A stretch of 64,000 nucleotides of DNA from Candidatus Latescibacterota bacterium (GCA_965204745.1 OZ242010.1:1696001-1760000), one strand, 5' to 3'; numbered from the stretch's first letter, positions 1-10,234 are shown. Program-made: numbers and translations. Notes: a model not told the origin generated them from the letters alone.

Positions 1-1
1 C

Positions 2-172
2 TACCGGGTGACGGGAAACGCCGTGGCAATGGGACAGGCCGCCGGCGTTTGTGCCACCAAAGCCGCCCTGTCGGATAGGTTGCCCCATGAAGTCCCGTGG
101 GGCGAGGTCAAAGCGGATCTCGACGCGATCAATACCTTTACGATAGGGAAATCGTTCGGGACGCTGGATTGA
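2..172 (+). CDS. C-terminal part of an FAD-dependent oxidoreductase (gene starts before the window)
   Basis: Frame 2 reads YRVTGNAVAMGQAAG...GTLD*, resembling the C-terminal motif of FAD_oxidored-family proteins; not in the ORF track. Confidence 0.6.
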   Translation, partial: YRVTGNAVAMGQAAGVCATKAALSDRLPHEVPWGEVKADLDAINTFTIGKSFGTLD

Positions 173-252
173 CCATTGAAGAATTTCGCCATCTTTTGCG
201 GTGATCGAACTGCCGCAAAATCCCAAAGACCAGCGGCACGCCACTTTTCGTC

Positions 253-281
253 TTGACGATTGGCACAAGATATAGTATTAT
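253..281 (+). promoter_or_regulatory. sigma70-type promoter upstream of smc
   Basis: TTGACG-17 bp-TATTAT. Confidence 0.6.
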
Positions 282-469
282 AGCCCCGTATCACAACCCT
301 CTCCTCTACTAAATGTAGTTCCCCAACGCTCCCCAAGCGGCTGTTTGTAACTGTCGTTCCCCCGTTTTTCCCCCTCTGTTGGCGCGTCGGCGCCCTAGCC
401 CTATCCTCTCCCCTTGTTTTTTCGCGCTTCGCGTTCTCAATTCCCCTGTTTTGCGTAGGAGGTCCCGCG

Positions 470-3400
470 TTGTATTTGACTCGTTTGCAAGCACTGGGTT
501 TTAAGTCCTTTGCCCAAAAACTCGATATGCCCTTCCAAAAAGGCATTACCTGTGTCGTGGGGCCAAATGGGTGTGGCAAGTCCAATGTGGTCGATGCGCT
601 GCGCTGGGCATTGGGCGAACAGCGGCCCCGATCACTGCGGAGTGGCAGCATGGGCGATGTCATTTTTTCTGGGACGCGCTCGCGCAAGCCCTTGGGCATG
701 GCCGAAGTCTCGCTCACGCTGGACAATTCTCAAAAAGTCTTGCCCACCGAATTTTCAGAAGTGACCCTGACGCGCCGCTTGTTCCGATCCGGCGAGAGCG
801 ATTACTTGATCAACAAAATTCCGTGTCGCCTGAAAGACATTCAAAACCTGCTGATGGACACCGGGCTGGGCACGCAGTCGTCTTATGTGATCGAACAGGG
901 CATGGTGGATGAGATCATCAGCGACAATGCCGAAGAACGCCGCCGGTGCTTTGAGGAGGCCGCGGGGGTGACGCGGTATAAAATCCGCCGCAAGTCCGCG
1001 TGGAACCGGCTCATCTCCGTGCGGCAAGACCTGCAAAGGATGGAAGACTGGCTCGGGGAAATCCAACGCCAAGTGTCCTCGCTTCAGCGGCAAGAGCGCA
1101 AGGCCAAGCTGTACAAAGCCCTGTCGGACGAATTGCGCGACCTCGAAATCAAATTGGCGCGCTTCCAATATTTTGAGTTGGCGGACAAAGCCGTGCCCCT
1201 GCGCGAGGAAATGGCTTTTCTCCGAGAAGATGTCGAAATCTCCGAAACCCAGATGACCACCCTCGAAGCCAAGCTCGAGGAAATGCGCGCTGACTTGGCG
1301 GATCGAGACCGGGTGCTCGCCCAAGCCAATGCCGAGATCGCACAGCACGTCGCGCTCGTACATCGCAAAGACCGGGAAATCGGGGTTGCGCGGGAAGAGG
1401 TGCGCGGCATTCGCGCTTTTTTGGAACGCGCAGAACAGCAACAGGTGTCCTTAAAAACGCGGCTTGCCAACGCGCAAAAAGGCCAGAAAACCGCCGAGAA
1501 AGACGGGCGAACCGCCGCGCAACAACTCGAAGCCGCGGAATCGAAACGCGAAGCGGACGCCGCCCATCTCGAAGCGGACACGCGCGACTTGGACGCGCAA
1601 CGCACACAGGTCGATGCACAGAAATCCCAACTGATGAACCTGTTGCGCCAAAGCAACGAGCAGGGCAAACGCCTCGAGCGCATGCAGGCCGAGCGCGAGG
1701 GCATCGCGCAACGGCAGGGGCGGTTGACCAAAGACATCGAGCGCGTGGCTGCGCGTCGCGTCGAGGCCGATGAAATTGCCCGGGGATCCGCCCGACAGAT
1801 CGCGGCGATTGAGGGACAAATTGCCCAACGCGCCGAGGAACGCGCCCGACAGATCGCGGGGCGCGACCGCTGCATTGCCGAGCGCGATGAACGGGTTGAA
1901 GAGCGCAACCGGTTGCGCGCGCGCATCGAAGCGGATCGAGCGCGGGTGGCCCTGCTTCAAAAATTGCGCGAGGGGTTTGAAGGCTATTCCAAGGGGGTGC
2001 GCGCCTTGGCCGTGGATTCGCCATTCTCTGACCGCATCCAAGGCGCGGTGGCAGACATGGTCGCTGTCGCGCCCGAATACGTCACCGCGATTGAAGCCGC
2101 GTTGGGGCGCGCCCTGGAATGTTTGATCGTGCGCGATACCCGCGATGCGAACGCGGCGATTGCGTTTCTCCGGCAGGGCGACCACGGCGCCGCGGCGTTT
2201 TTGCCCCTCGAACGCATCGTCCAAAATGGCGCGCCCTGCGACTTGCCCAATGGCAAGGGCGTCGTGGGTTGGGCGAGCGATTTGTTGGCCCCACAGTGCG
2301 ATGACCACGGCGGTGCCGCCGCGCTGTTGCGCCACACCTTGCTCGTTCAAGACGCGCAGACCGCGCTCGTGTACAGCGATGCGATGCGCGTCAAAGGCGT
2401 TGAGATCGTCACGCTCAGCGGCGAGGTGTTTGCCGCAGATGGCACGGTTTACGGGGGCGCGGATGCGACTTCGGAATCGGGCCTGATCGGCAGGCAGCAA
2501 CAAATTGACGAGCTCCTGTCCGCCATTGCAACTGCACAAACGGAACTCGCGACGCGGGAAACGCAGGTGGCACACGCGAACAACGCGCTGGCGGAACACC
2601 TCGCGCAAATCGAGCAGTGTGACCGCGCCTTGGCGGAGTTGCACAACAGGCGGGCGGGCCTTCAGCGGGATCGGCAAAATGCCGAGGCAGAAGCCAAACG
2701 CCAAGCGAGGGCCGTGACCGAACTCGACGGCGAGACCGCGCAACTGTCCGAGCGCGAAACCGAACTCGCGCACCTCATCGCCCGAGCAACCGGGGCACAA
2801 GGCGCGCTCGATGCCAAGCGCCAAGCGCTTGAAGAAGCGGTTCGCCGTGCCGATGCGGACTTGCGGAACAAGGAAAACCAGCGGCGCGTGTTGCAAGATG
2901 GGGTGGCCGCTGTGCGCGTGACTATCGCTTCCCTGCGCGAGCGCGTGGAGAGCTTGGGCCACGAAGCGGCGCGCCTGTCCCGTGAACAAGGGGCTATCGC
3001 CCGAGAGAGCGAGCGGTTGCGCGGCGAGGCTGACGAGAGCAAAAAGCGCGCACACACGCGCGAGGAGGGCATTCGGGTCGCGACGGGCGAACTCGAGGCG
3101 TTGCACGGGCAACAGACGCAACTCGAGCAAAAGCGCGATGCCCAAGCGCGCGGGCAACACGAGATCGTGATGGCGACGCGCGCGACAGAAGAAAAGTTGC
3201 GGGAAAAGAATCGGCGCACCACGCACCACCGCACGCGCTTGGGCGAACTCGAGGTGGCGATGGCGCGCATGAAAGAGCGCGGCGAGGGGATTATCCAGCG
3301 CGTCAAGCGCGATTACGAGGTCGATATCGCCGAGCAGGGGCGGCTTTCCGATCCGGAATTTGGCGCGGACATGGCCGAGAAAAAGGCGCGGGAACTGCAA

Positions 3401-4081
3401 GAGCGGTTGCGGCGCATGGGGTCTGTGAACTTGGCCGCGCTCGAGGAGTACGAGGTTCAAAAAGAGCGGTTTGAATTTCTCACGCGCCAGCGAGACGATC
3501 TCTTGGAGGCCGAGGAAATCGTCAAGCGCACGATCGCGCGCATCGACCGCACCGCGCGCCAACGCTTTCTCAACACCTTTGGCCGCATTCGGGAGAACTT
3601 CCAGAACACGTTTCAGGAATTTTTTGAAGGCGGCGAAGCGGACCTGACCATGCCCCCGGATGAAGACCCGCTCGAAGCCCCCATCCTGATCACGGCGCGG
3701 CCCTGGGGCAAACGCCTTCAGAGCATCAATCTGCTTTCGGGCGGAGAGCGCGCGCTGACAGCCATTGCCCTGCTTTTCGCCATTTATTTGGTCAAGCCCA
3801 GTCCCTTTTGCGTTCTCGACGAGGTGGATGCCCCCCTCGACGACGCCAATATCGCGCGCTTCGTCAAGGTGATTCAAAAGTTCTCTGCCCAGTCGCAGTT
3901 TATCGTCGTCACGCACAACAAGGGGACGATGGAATTTGGCGAAACCCTGCACGGCGTGACGATGGAAGAACCCGGGGTGTCCCGGCTCGTTTCCGTCAGG
4001 ATGTCTCGAGACAGCGCAGATTCCCTCGATGAGGTCGGCGCGCTGACCGCGCCCGTGGCACAACCCGCGGATGATGATTGA
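470..4081 (+). CDS. smc: Chromosome segregation protein SMC
   Basis: Walker A GPNGCGKS, long coiled coils with central hinge, LSGGE signature, Walker B LDEVDAPLD; 1203 aa; TTG start with AGGAGG upstream. Confidence 0.97.
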   Translation: MYLTRLQALGFKSFAQKLDMPFQKGITCVVGPNGCGKSNVVDALRWALGEQRPRSLRSGSMGDVIFSGTRSRKPLGMAEVSLTLDNSQKVLPTEFSEVTLTRRLFRSGESDYLINKIPCRLKDIQNLLMDTGLGTQSSYVIEQGMVDEIISDNAEERRRCFEEAAGVTRYKIRRKSAWNRLISVRQDLQRMEDWLGEIQRQVSSLQRQERKAKLYKALSDELRDLEIKLARFQYFELADKAVPLREEMAFLREDVEISETQMTTLEAKLEEMRADLADRDRVLAQANAEIAQHVALVHRKDREIGVAREEVRGIRAFLERAEQQQVSLKTRLANAQKGQKTAEKDGRTAAQQLEAAESKREADAAHLEADTRDLDAQRTQVDAQKSQLMNLLRQSNEQGKRLERMQAEREGIAQRQGRLTKDIERVAARRVEADEIARGSARQIAAIEGQIAQRAEERARQIAGRDRCIAERDERVEERNRLRARIEADRARVALLQKLREGFEGYSKGVRALAVDSPFSDRIQGAVADMVAVAPEYVTAIEAALGRALECLIVRDTRDANAAIAFLRQGDHGAAAFLPLERIVQNGAPCDLPNGKGVVGWASDLLAPQCDDHGGAAALLRHTLLVQDAQTALVYSDAMRVKGVEIVTLSGEVFAADGTVYGGADATSESGLIGRQQQIDELLSAIATAQTELATRETQVAHANNALAEHLAQIEQCDRALAELHNRRAGLQRDRQNAEAEAKRQARAVTELDGETAQLSERETELAHLIARATGAQGALDAKRQALEEAVRRADADLRNKENQRRVLQDGVAAVRVTIASLRERVESLGHEAARLSREQGAIARESERLRGEADESKKRAHTREEGIRVATGELEALHGQQTQLEQKRDAQARGQHEIVMATRATEEKLREKNRRTTHHRTRLGELEVAMARMKERGEGIIQRVKRDYEVDIAEQGRLSDPEFGADMAEKKARELQERLRRMGSVNLAALEEYEVQKERFEFLTRQRDDLLEAEEIVKRTIARIDRTARQRFLNTFGRIRENFQNTFQEFFEGGEADLTMPPDEDPLEAPILITARPWGKRLQSINLLSGGERALTAIALLFAIYLVKPSPFCVLDEVDAPLDDANIARFVKVIQKFSAQSQFIVVTHNKGTMEFGETLHGVTMEEPGVSRLVSVRMSRDSADSLDEVGALTAPVAQPADDD

Positions 4082-4101
4082 TCGGATGAGGGATCATGGA
4101 C

Positions 4102-4140
4102 AAAGGGCGACGGCGCGTACCGTCGCCCTTTTATTTTTTT
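4102..4140 (+). terminator. Intrinsic terminator after smc
   Basis: GGGCGACGG-cgcgta-CCGTCGCCC followed by a T-rich tail. Confidence 0.75.
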
Positions 4141-4212
4141 GGGAAGCGCGTATATTGTCGGGCCGGAAACAGGAGATCGATGGGTGGAAACCGACCCCTT
4201 TGGAGATTTTCA

Positions 4213-5241
4213 ATGCAAAAACGATTGCGTGCGAAATGCCCGATGAGATGCCCCGTTCTCATCGCGCTCATTTTGTTTTTCGCGTGTGGGCCACGGCCCG
4301 CCGAGATCAAGGTTGCGACTTACAACATCTACTGGCTCGACGATGGGATTTCCGATGCGCGCAAAGCGCGGTTGCAACAGGTGGTGCGCGAACTCGATGC
4401 GGACATCATCGGCTTTCAGGAGATCCGATCAAAGGCCGCACTCGCCCGCATTTTGCCCGACAACTATGCGATTGGCATGATGGATGATCCCGATGCCGTG
4501 CAAGAACTCGCCCTAGCCGTGCGCGCCCCGTTTGAAATCACGGACCTCAAAATGGTATTCCCAGAAAAAGTCCACGACCGCGCATTTCCCCAAACGAACG
4601 ATTTGCTCCAGGCTTATGTCGAGGGATATGGCCGCCGCTTCATCGCGCTGGTTCACCACGCCAAGTCGCGGGCAGGTGGCCGGGCTAAAACCGATGCGCG
4701 CCGGGAAGACAGCGCGAGGATGATCGCGCGCTATCTGTCTAGCCGCGTGAAATACGACCACATTGTGCTACTCGGGGATTTTAATGACAACCCCGATGAC
4801 CGCTCGCTCAATATCCTCGAATCCGGCGACCCAGACGCGCCTGCTGGCATTGATGACGCGCCCGATGCGTTCCTCTACAACACGTCCGAAGCTTTGTTGG
4901 AACGCGACTATTGCTCGCACGGATACAATTACCTCTACGGCAAAATCGAAAGCGATTCGTTTGATCCCACAGTGCCGGGCGCGCGCGCCGAGAACAACAA
5001 GTGGCGGGGAAAACCCCACGATTTTCTGCGCGATGTCAAGGTCAAAGCCATCTTGTTCGACCAAATCCTCGTTTCCCAAAACTTGAGGGAACACGTCCAC
5101 GCATCGGGCGTTTTCACCCGTGCGGAAGCCGTTAGAGGCAACCGCTCGCGCATTCGCCTCTCCGGCGATGAGGTCGTTTATACAAACCGCGGCACCTTTG
5201 CTTCGGATCACGTACCCGTATGGACGATTTTGAAATTCTAA
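4213..5241 (+). CDS. Endonuclease/exonuclease/phosphatase (EEP) family protein, probable lipoprotein
   Basis: TYNI, FQE, GDFND, FDQI and SDHVPV motifs; lipobox-like LFFAC; start at 4213 or 4243 is likelier than 4096, which overlaps the terminator. Confidence 0.85.
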   Translation: MQKRLRAKCPMRCPVLIALILFFACGPRPAEIKVATYNIYWLDDGISDARKARLQQVVRELDADIIGFQEIRSKAALARILPDNYAIGMMDDPDAVQELALAVRAPFEITDLKMVFPEKVHDRAFPQTNDLLQAYVEGYGRRFIALVHHAKSRAGGRAKTDARREDSARMIARYLSSRVKYDHIVLLGDFNDNPDDRSLNILESGDPDAPAGIDDAPDAFLYNTSEALLERDYCSHGYNYLYGKIESDSFDPTVPGARAENNKWRGKPHDFLRDVKVKAILFDQILVSQNLREHVHASGVFTRAEAVRGNRSRIRLSGDEVVYTNRGTFASDHVPVWTILKF

Positions 5242-5265
5242 AACTTCCATCTCCTCCTCACCTCC

Positions 5266-5333
5266 CTTTTGTGCCTTTGAACTGGCTGTCGCCAGTTGTA
5301 CCCCGCTCGTGCCTTTTGTGCCTTTTGTGGCTA
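5266..5333 (-). repeat. Composite 9-mer (CACAAAAGG) repeat with 30-bp hairpin insert; second copy at 57224-57282
   Basis: Reverse complement matches 57224-57282 apart from one extra 9-mer and one loop substitution; flanked by a 17-bp direct repeat (5252-5268, 5338-5354). Confidence 0.85.
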
Positions 5334-5421
5334 AACTTCCTCCTCACCTCCCTTGCTTTGCCCCCAAAATGCCCTTAAATTCCAAGCCATCCCTCATCCT
5401 ACAAATTGAAAGGACGTCATC

Positions 5422-6819
5422 ATGGACAAACCCAATATCTTGATGCTCATGACCGATCAGCAGCGGTGGGACGCGCTCGGGTGTGTGAGCGACTGGTTGG
5501 AAACGCCCCACATGGATCGCATCGCCGCAGAGGGCATCCGGTTTTCAAATTGCGTGACCAATTCCCCGGTGTGCATCCCAACGCGCTTGAGCCTGGCCAC
5601 CGGGCACTATCCGCACAACACGGCCGTGTGGGACAACCAGGACCACACCTTGTCGCCCGATTGCCCGACGTGGATGCAAGCCGTGCGCCGCGCCGGGTAT
5701 CGCACGAGCGCGTTTGGCAAAACCCACCTCCACCCGCACAGCGGCGACCTGCGCGAGCGCGAACACCTCCTGCGCGCTTATGGGTTGGACGACATAGATG
5801 AAATCGGCGGCCCTCGCGCGAGTACGCGATGCCTGTCGCACATGACCGCGATGTGGGACGCAAAGGGCTTGTGGCAAGCGTACAAAGCCGATTTTGCCGA
5901 CCGCTTTGGCAACAAGCCCTGGGTTGCGCGCCCGTCTGTCTTGCCCCTCGAAGATTACGCGGATGTGTACGTGGGGCAACGGGCGAAGAACTATTTGGCG
6001 GGGTACGACCGAGATCAGCCCTGGTTTTGCTGGGTGAGTTTTGGCGGCCCGCACGAGCCGTGGGACACGCCCGAACCCTATCACAGCCGGTATCGTCCCG
6101 AAGACATGCCCGATCCCGTCGCCGCGCCCGGGGATGACCGCGACCGAGCACGCGGGTTGTTAGACGCGAAAAAGCCCGTGCCCTTTGAACCCGGGGAAGA
6201 GAAATTGTTGCGCGCCAATTACGCGGGCAATGTCACCTTGATAGACGATCAGATCGGCGAGATTTTCGCCATCATTGAACAGCGCGGCGAAATGGAGAAC
6301 ACCATCGTCGTTTTGATGTCCGATCACGGCGAGATGAATGGCGACTACGGCTTTATTTACAAGAGCAATCTCCTCGATGGCGCGGTGCGCGTGCCCCTGC
6401 TCATCCGCACGCCGGACACAGTGGGCAGCTCAGTGGCCGGGCAAGTGTGCGACAGCCCCATCGAGTGGTTCGACGTCGGCCCCACCCTAGTCGAACTCGC
6501 AGGCGGCGAATTGGATCACAGGCAATTCGCAAAATCGGCCTGCCCCGTGCTCGACGACCCGACGTGCGAACACCGCACAGAAGCCATCTCGGAATACAGG
6601 GGCGAGATCATGTTGCTCGACCGCGAATGGAAAATCGTCCTAAACCGCCAGGCCCAACCCTACTTGCTGTTCAACGTGCAAGACGATCCGCAAGAGGTGA
6701 ATAACCTCGCGGGCCTGCCCGAAATGGCCGCTCTCGAAGACCACCTGCGCCTCTCTATCCTCGACCGCATCGCCTCATCCCAAGCCCTCTCCGGCGCACA
6801 CTTCGCGCTGGGAACGTGA
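5422..6819 (+). CDS. Sulfatase (Cys-type, formylglycine-dependent)
   Basis: PNIL..TDQQR, CIPTR (CxPxR), GKTH, PHEP and SDHGE motifs. Confidence 0.92.
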   Translation: MDKPNILMLMTDQQRWDALGCVSDWLETPHMDRIAAEGIRFSNCVTNSPVCIPTRLSLATGHYPHNTAVWDNQDHTLSPDCPTWMQAVRRAGYRTSAFGKTHLHPHSGDLREREHLLRAYGLDDIDEIGGPRASTRCLSHMTAMWDAKGLWQAYKADFADRFGNKPWVARPSVLPLEDYADVYVGQRAKNYLAGYDRDQPWFCWVSFGGPHEPWDTPEPYHSRYRPEDMPDPVAAPGDDRDRARGLLDAKKPVPFEPGEEKLLRANYAGNVTLIDDQIGEIFAIIEQRGEMENTIVVLMSDHGEMNGDYGFIYKSNLLDGAVRVPLLIRTPDTVGSSVAGQVCDSPIEWFDVGPTLVELAGGELDHRQFAKSACPVLDDPTCEHRTEAISEYRGEIMLLDREWKIVLNRQAQPYLLFNVQDDPQEVNNLAGLPEMAALEDHLRLSILDRIASSQALSGAHFALGT

Positions 6820-6820
6820 A

Positions 6821-6921
6821 GAGGCGTAAGGCGTAAGAGGTAAGACGTAAGAAGGCCACCCAAAAAGGCAGTTGTCAGTTGTCAGTTGTCAGTTGTCAGT
6901 CCCCGCCTCCGCCCTGCCGCC
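6821..6921. repeat. Degenerate GAGGTAA heptamers, (CAGTTGT)x4 and a C-rich tail
   Basis: Visible tandem 7-mers at 6821-6851 and 6869-6900. Confidence 0.85.
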
Positions 6922-7017
6922 ATTCGTCATTCCGGCGCACGCGCAAGCATAACGCAAGTAATCACGATCAAAAAAGCATATCGGACAACGCCCATATCTA
7001 CCCGAAGAGGATATCCC

Positions 7018-8511
7018 ATGTTCCAAACCAAACCCCACATCATCTTCATCATCACGGACCAACAGCGGTTCGACACCCTCCGCGCTTGGGGATGCGATTA
7101 CATGGTCACGCCGACGCTGGATCGGCTGGCCGGCGAGAGCATCTCGTTTCGGCAGGCGTATTGCCCGGGCGCGACTTGCGTGGCGTCTCGCGCAGCCATT
7201 TTCACCGGCATGTACCCGCACACCACCGGCGTTTACAGCTTTGACCATTGGGCGAATCATCGCAACTGGGTGCAAAATTTGGCGGACGCGGGCTATTACT
7301 GCGTCAACATCGGCAAAATGCACATGACCCCACGCGACATCCCCGGCGGGTTTCACGAGCGCGTCATTGTGGAAAACCCCACCAACAAGGCCCTGCAAAC
7401 CGGCGGCGCAGACGACGATTGGGGCAGGTACATGACCTTCCACGGCATCACCCGGCCCAATGATCGCAACAAGGCAGATCCCGAATGGCTCAACAAATGC
7501 CAAGGCGTAGTGTGGCACGAACACGAGCGGTTTCACAGCGACGTGTTTATCGGCAACTCGGCCTTGAACTGGATTCGCAACCATCGCGGCGACAAGCCCC
7601 TGTTTCTGCAAATCGGCTTTACCGGGCCGCACGAGCCATGGGATCCCCTGCCTCGGCATTTGGACTTGTACCGCGACAAACCCATGCCCCCATGCGTGAT
7701 GCGCGAAGGCGAGTTGCGCGACAAACCGCCCCAACACTTGGCGCACCTCGACATACACGCGACCTCAGATCACGAATCGCAAATCGACCTGCGCGGGCGC
7801 ACCGATGCCGAACTCGCAGAGATGAAACGCCATTACTACGGCAATATTTCCACAGTCGATGAAAAACTCGGTGAAATTTTGGATGCCCTGCAAGAACGCG
7901 ACTATTTGGCGAACAGCTTGTTGATCTTCTGTTCGGATCACGGCGAATTGTTGGGCGATCACGGCTTGGCTTACAAGTGGTTGATGTACGACCCCATCGT
8001 GCATATTCCCCTGATGATTCGCACGCCCGAGTCCATCCATCACCCCCGCGAGACGCACGATTTGGTCTCTCTGATGGATTTGGGGCCGACAATTCTCAAT
8101 GCCGCGGGCATACCCGTGCCGACCTATTTGGAAGGCCGATCCCTCATGCCGTATTTGAACGACCAAGACCCAGCGCCGCGCAAATACGTTTTCTGCGAGG
8201 ACAACTACCAGATCATGATGCGTTCAAAAACGCACAAGGTGGTGTATTACATCGGGCAAGCAGAAGGCGAGTTGTACGACCTCAACGCGGATCCGCACGA
8301 GTTGTGGAACAGGTGGGACGCACCCCACTACGCCGCCATCAAAAACGAGATGCTCGCGGACTTGCTGGCATGGATGGCGACGAGCAACTACTACAATGCC
8401 GGCTACAAACGCCAACGCAACCAACAATACGCCATGCGCTGGCCCACCCAAACCGACGCGTACCTCCACGGACGCAAATCCCACCCCAAACCCCGAACCG
8501 TGGATTTATAG
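7018..8511 (+). CDS. Sulfatase with CxAxR signature
   Basis: PHIIFIITDQQR, CVASR, GKMH, PHEP, SDHGE; ATG 7018 preceded by GAGG. Confidence 0.9.
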   Translation: MFQTKPHIIFIITDQQRFDTLRAWGCDYMVTPTLDRLAGESISFRQAYCPGATCVASRAAIFTGMYPHTTGVYSFDHWANHRNWVQNLADAGYYCVNIGKMHMTPRDIPGGFHERVIVENPTNKALQTGGADDDWGRYMTFHGITRPNDRNKADPEWLNKCQGVVWHEHERFHSDVFIGNSALNWIRNHRGDKPLFLQIGFTGPHEPWDPLPRHLDLYRDKPMPPCVMREGELRDKPPQHLAHLDIHATSDHESQIDLRGRTDAELAEMKRHYYGNISTVDEKLGEILDALQERDYLANSLLIFCSDHGELLGDHGLAYKWLMYDPIVHIPLMIRTPESIHHPRETHDLVSLMDLGPTILNAAGIPVPTYLEGRSLMPYLNDQDPAPRKYVFCEDNYQIMMRSKTHKVVYYIGQAEGELYDLNADPHELWNRWDAPHYAAIKNEMLADLLAWMATSNYYNAGYKRQRNQQYAMRWPTQTDAYLHGRKSHPKPRTVDL

Positions 8512-8553
8512 CCGAACTTCCGCTTCCTTGGGGTATGGTGTTATTGAACGAGC

Positions 8554-9399
8554 ATGGGACGATATATTGCCAAAATTAAAAGCTGTCGCGGTTGCGCCAT
8601 TTTTGTGTGCGCGTGTTTTTTTTTGGCGTGCAATCAAACGGCTACGCCGCCGATTCCGGGGGCCGATTCCTCGGCGTCTGAATCCGCGCTCCCGGCGGTT
8701 TATTCATATCTCGTCGTCAATACTTATTTGCACGATCCCAATGCGTTTACCCAAGGGCTGGTTTTTGAGGATGGGATTTTTTACGAGGGCACTGGGCAGT
8801 ACGGTGCGTCTGGTATTCGCAAGGTCGCGCCGGCGACGGGCGAGGTTTTGGCGGAAAAACGCCTATCCGAGCAGTATTTTGGCGAGGGTATCGCGGTTTT
8901 TGGCGACCGGTTGTACCAACTCACCTGGAAGGCGGGGATATGTTTTGTGTACGACAAGAACACGTTTGCCTTGCAGACCCAATTTTCCTATCCCACAGAG
9001 GGATGGGGGCTGACGCACGACGGGGAAAAGTTGCTGATGAGCGATGGCACGAATATCATTTATTTTCGGCATCCGGACACGTTTCAAGAAATGGGCCGCA
9101 TCGAAGTGACCGACATCGCGGGGCCGGTGCATTATCTCAATGAACTCGAATATATCGAAGGACAGTTGTTCGCCAATGTGTGGCGAACGGACCGCATCGC
9201 TCGCATCGATCCCAAAACGGGCGCGGTCACGGGATGGATCGATCTCACGGGTCTTCTGCCGGCGGCGGATCGCTCGCAATACCGCGTGGATGTGCTGAAC
9301 GGCATTGCGTACGACGCACGGGCGGATCGCCTGTTTGTCACGGGCAAGTGGTGGCCCAAGGTGTTTGAGATTCGACTCGATAAACGCAGAGGCAGGTAG
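8554..9399 (+). CDS. Glutaminyl-peptide cyclotransferase (glutamine cyclotransferase), probable lipoprotein
   Basis: HD..AFTQGL, FGEG, EGWGL, LNELE, VLNGIA and VTGKWWP motifs; FLAC lipobox. Confidence 0.93.
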   Translation: MGRYIAKIKSCRGCAIFVCACFFLACNQTATPPIPGADSSASESALPAVYSYLVVNTYLHDPNAFTQGLVFEDGIFYEGTGQYGASGIRKVAPATGEVLAEKRLSEQYFGEGIAVFGDRLYQLTWKAGICFVYDKNTFALQTQFSYPTEGWGLTHDGEKLLMSDGTNIIYFRHPDTFQEMGRIEVTDIAGPVHYLNELEYIEGQLFANVWRTDRIARIDPKTGAVTGWIDLTGLLPAADRSQYRVDVLNGIAYDARADRLFVTGKWWPKVFEIRLDKRRGR

Positions 9400-9682
9400 G
9401 GGTGGCGGGGCGGACTGACAACTGGCTACTGACAATGCGAATTAAGAGTTGAAAGCGAGTAAGAAGCAAGACCGCACCCCATCATCCAAAGACATGAACG
9501 AGGTTCTGTTGACATTTTGTTTTAGAGCGATGAGCGTGCCCGCAAAATAGAGAAAGCCTCGATCCTCACCGCGCCACTCAACCGCCCGTGCGTGCCCATC
9601 CGCGCCGCCCAACCGTGTCTGAATCGCGGATTAAACGGATTAAGGGATTGCGCGGATTACCCCACACCACCCTACCGCCATA

Positions 9683-9913
9683 GACCTATCCCCCCGGCCC
9701 CCTTTCCTACAAGGAAAGGGGGAGCGCATGGCTTTCTTGAAGGTTTGTATCCCTAGCTGCTTTGATGGCTTTGAGCGAATGGATCACGCCATAGAAACCC
9801 AAACCCCCCACGCACAATCCCTCGGAAGACCCCTCGCCATTCCCCCTTCCTCGCAGGCACAGGCGTAGCCTACAACGAAGCGAAGCGAGTAACGGGGGTT
9901 AGGGGGGTAGGTC
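9683..9913. repeat. Palindrome-ended dispersed repeat (REP/MITE-like); homologues at 43826-43991 (inverted) and partial copies at 16312-16387 and 62951-62979
   Basis: Ends GACCTAyCCCC...CCCCTTCC..GGAAGGGG...GGGGrTAGGTC; shared core TTTGATGGCTTTGrGCGAATGGATCACGCCATAGAA...CAATCCCTCGGAAGACCC. Confidence 0.85.
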
Positions 9914-10193
9914 CATAGGTCAAATTCCCTTGACAAGAAACGACGTGGTACCTTAACTTGTCTCCACCATCGTTAGTTGGTTGGCGCACGCAGGCAAAAG
10001 CCGTGCCTGCATTTGTGCGACAGCTTTTGCAAAGGAGGTTCCAGGTGATTATCGCCACTTTTCGACGTTGTTCGAACCTGTTTGGAGGCCCCTGTTCCCC
10101 TGCGAAAAAAGGGGTTTATGACGCCCATTCTCGTCTTGGGATGCGGTTCTATTTTATTGCGAAACAGTATGTTAAGATGATCAGTACAGTGTG

Positions 10194-10218
10194 CCCCCCC
10201 CCCCCCCCCCCCCCCCCC
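10194..10218 (+). repeat. Poly-C homopolymer (25 nt) just upstream of the adhesin RBS
   Basis: C25, then TCGAGAGGGGGACAAA, then ATG at 10235. Confidence 0.9.
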
Positions 10219-10234
10219 TCGAGAGGGGGACAAA

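Noticed and set aside
1451-4063. Long antisense ORFs opposite smc, sulfatases, the reductase and gltB
   Set aside because: Shadow ORFs expected from GC-rich codon bias; no recognisable motifs.
9960-10190. Riboswitch (e.g. cyclic di-GMP) in the long adhesin leader
   Set aside because: Hairpins are present but I could not match a known consensus by eye; needs a covariance-model search.
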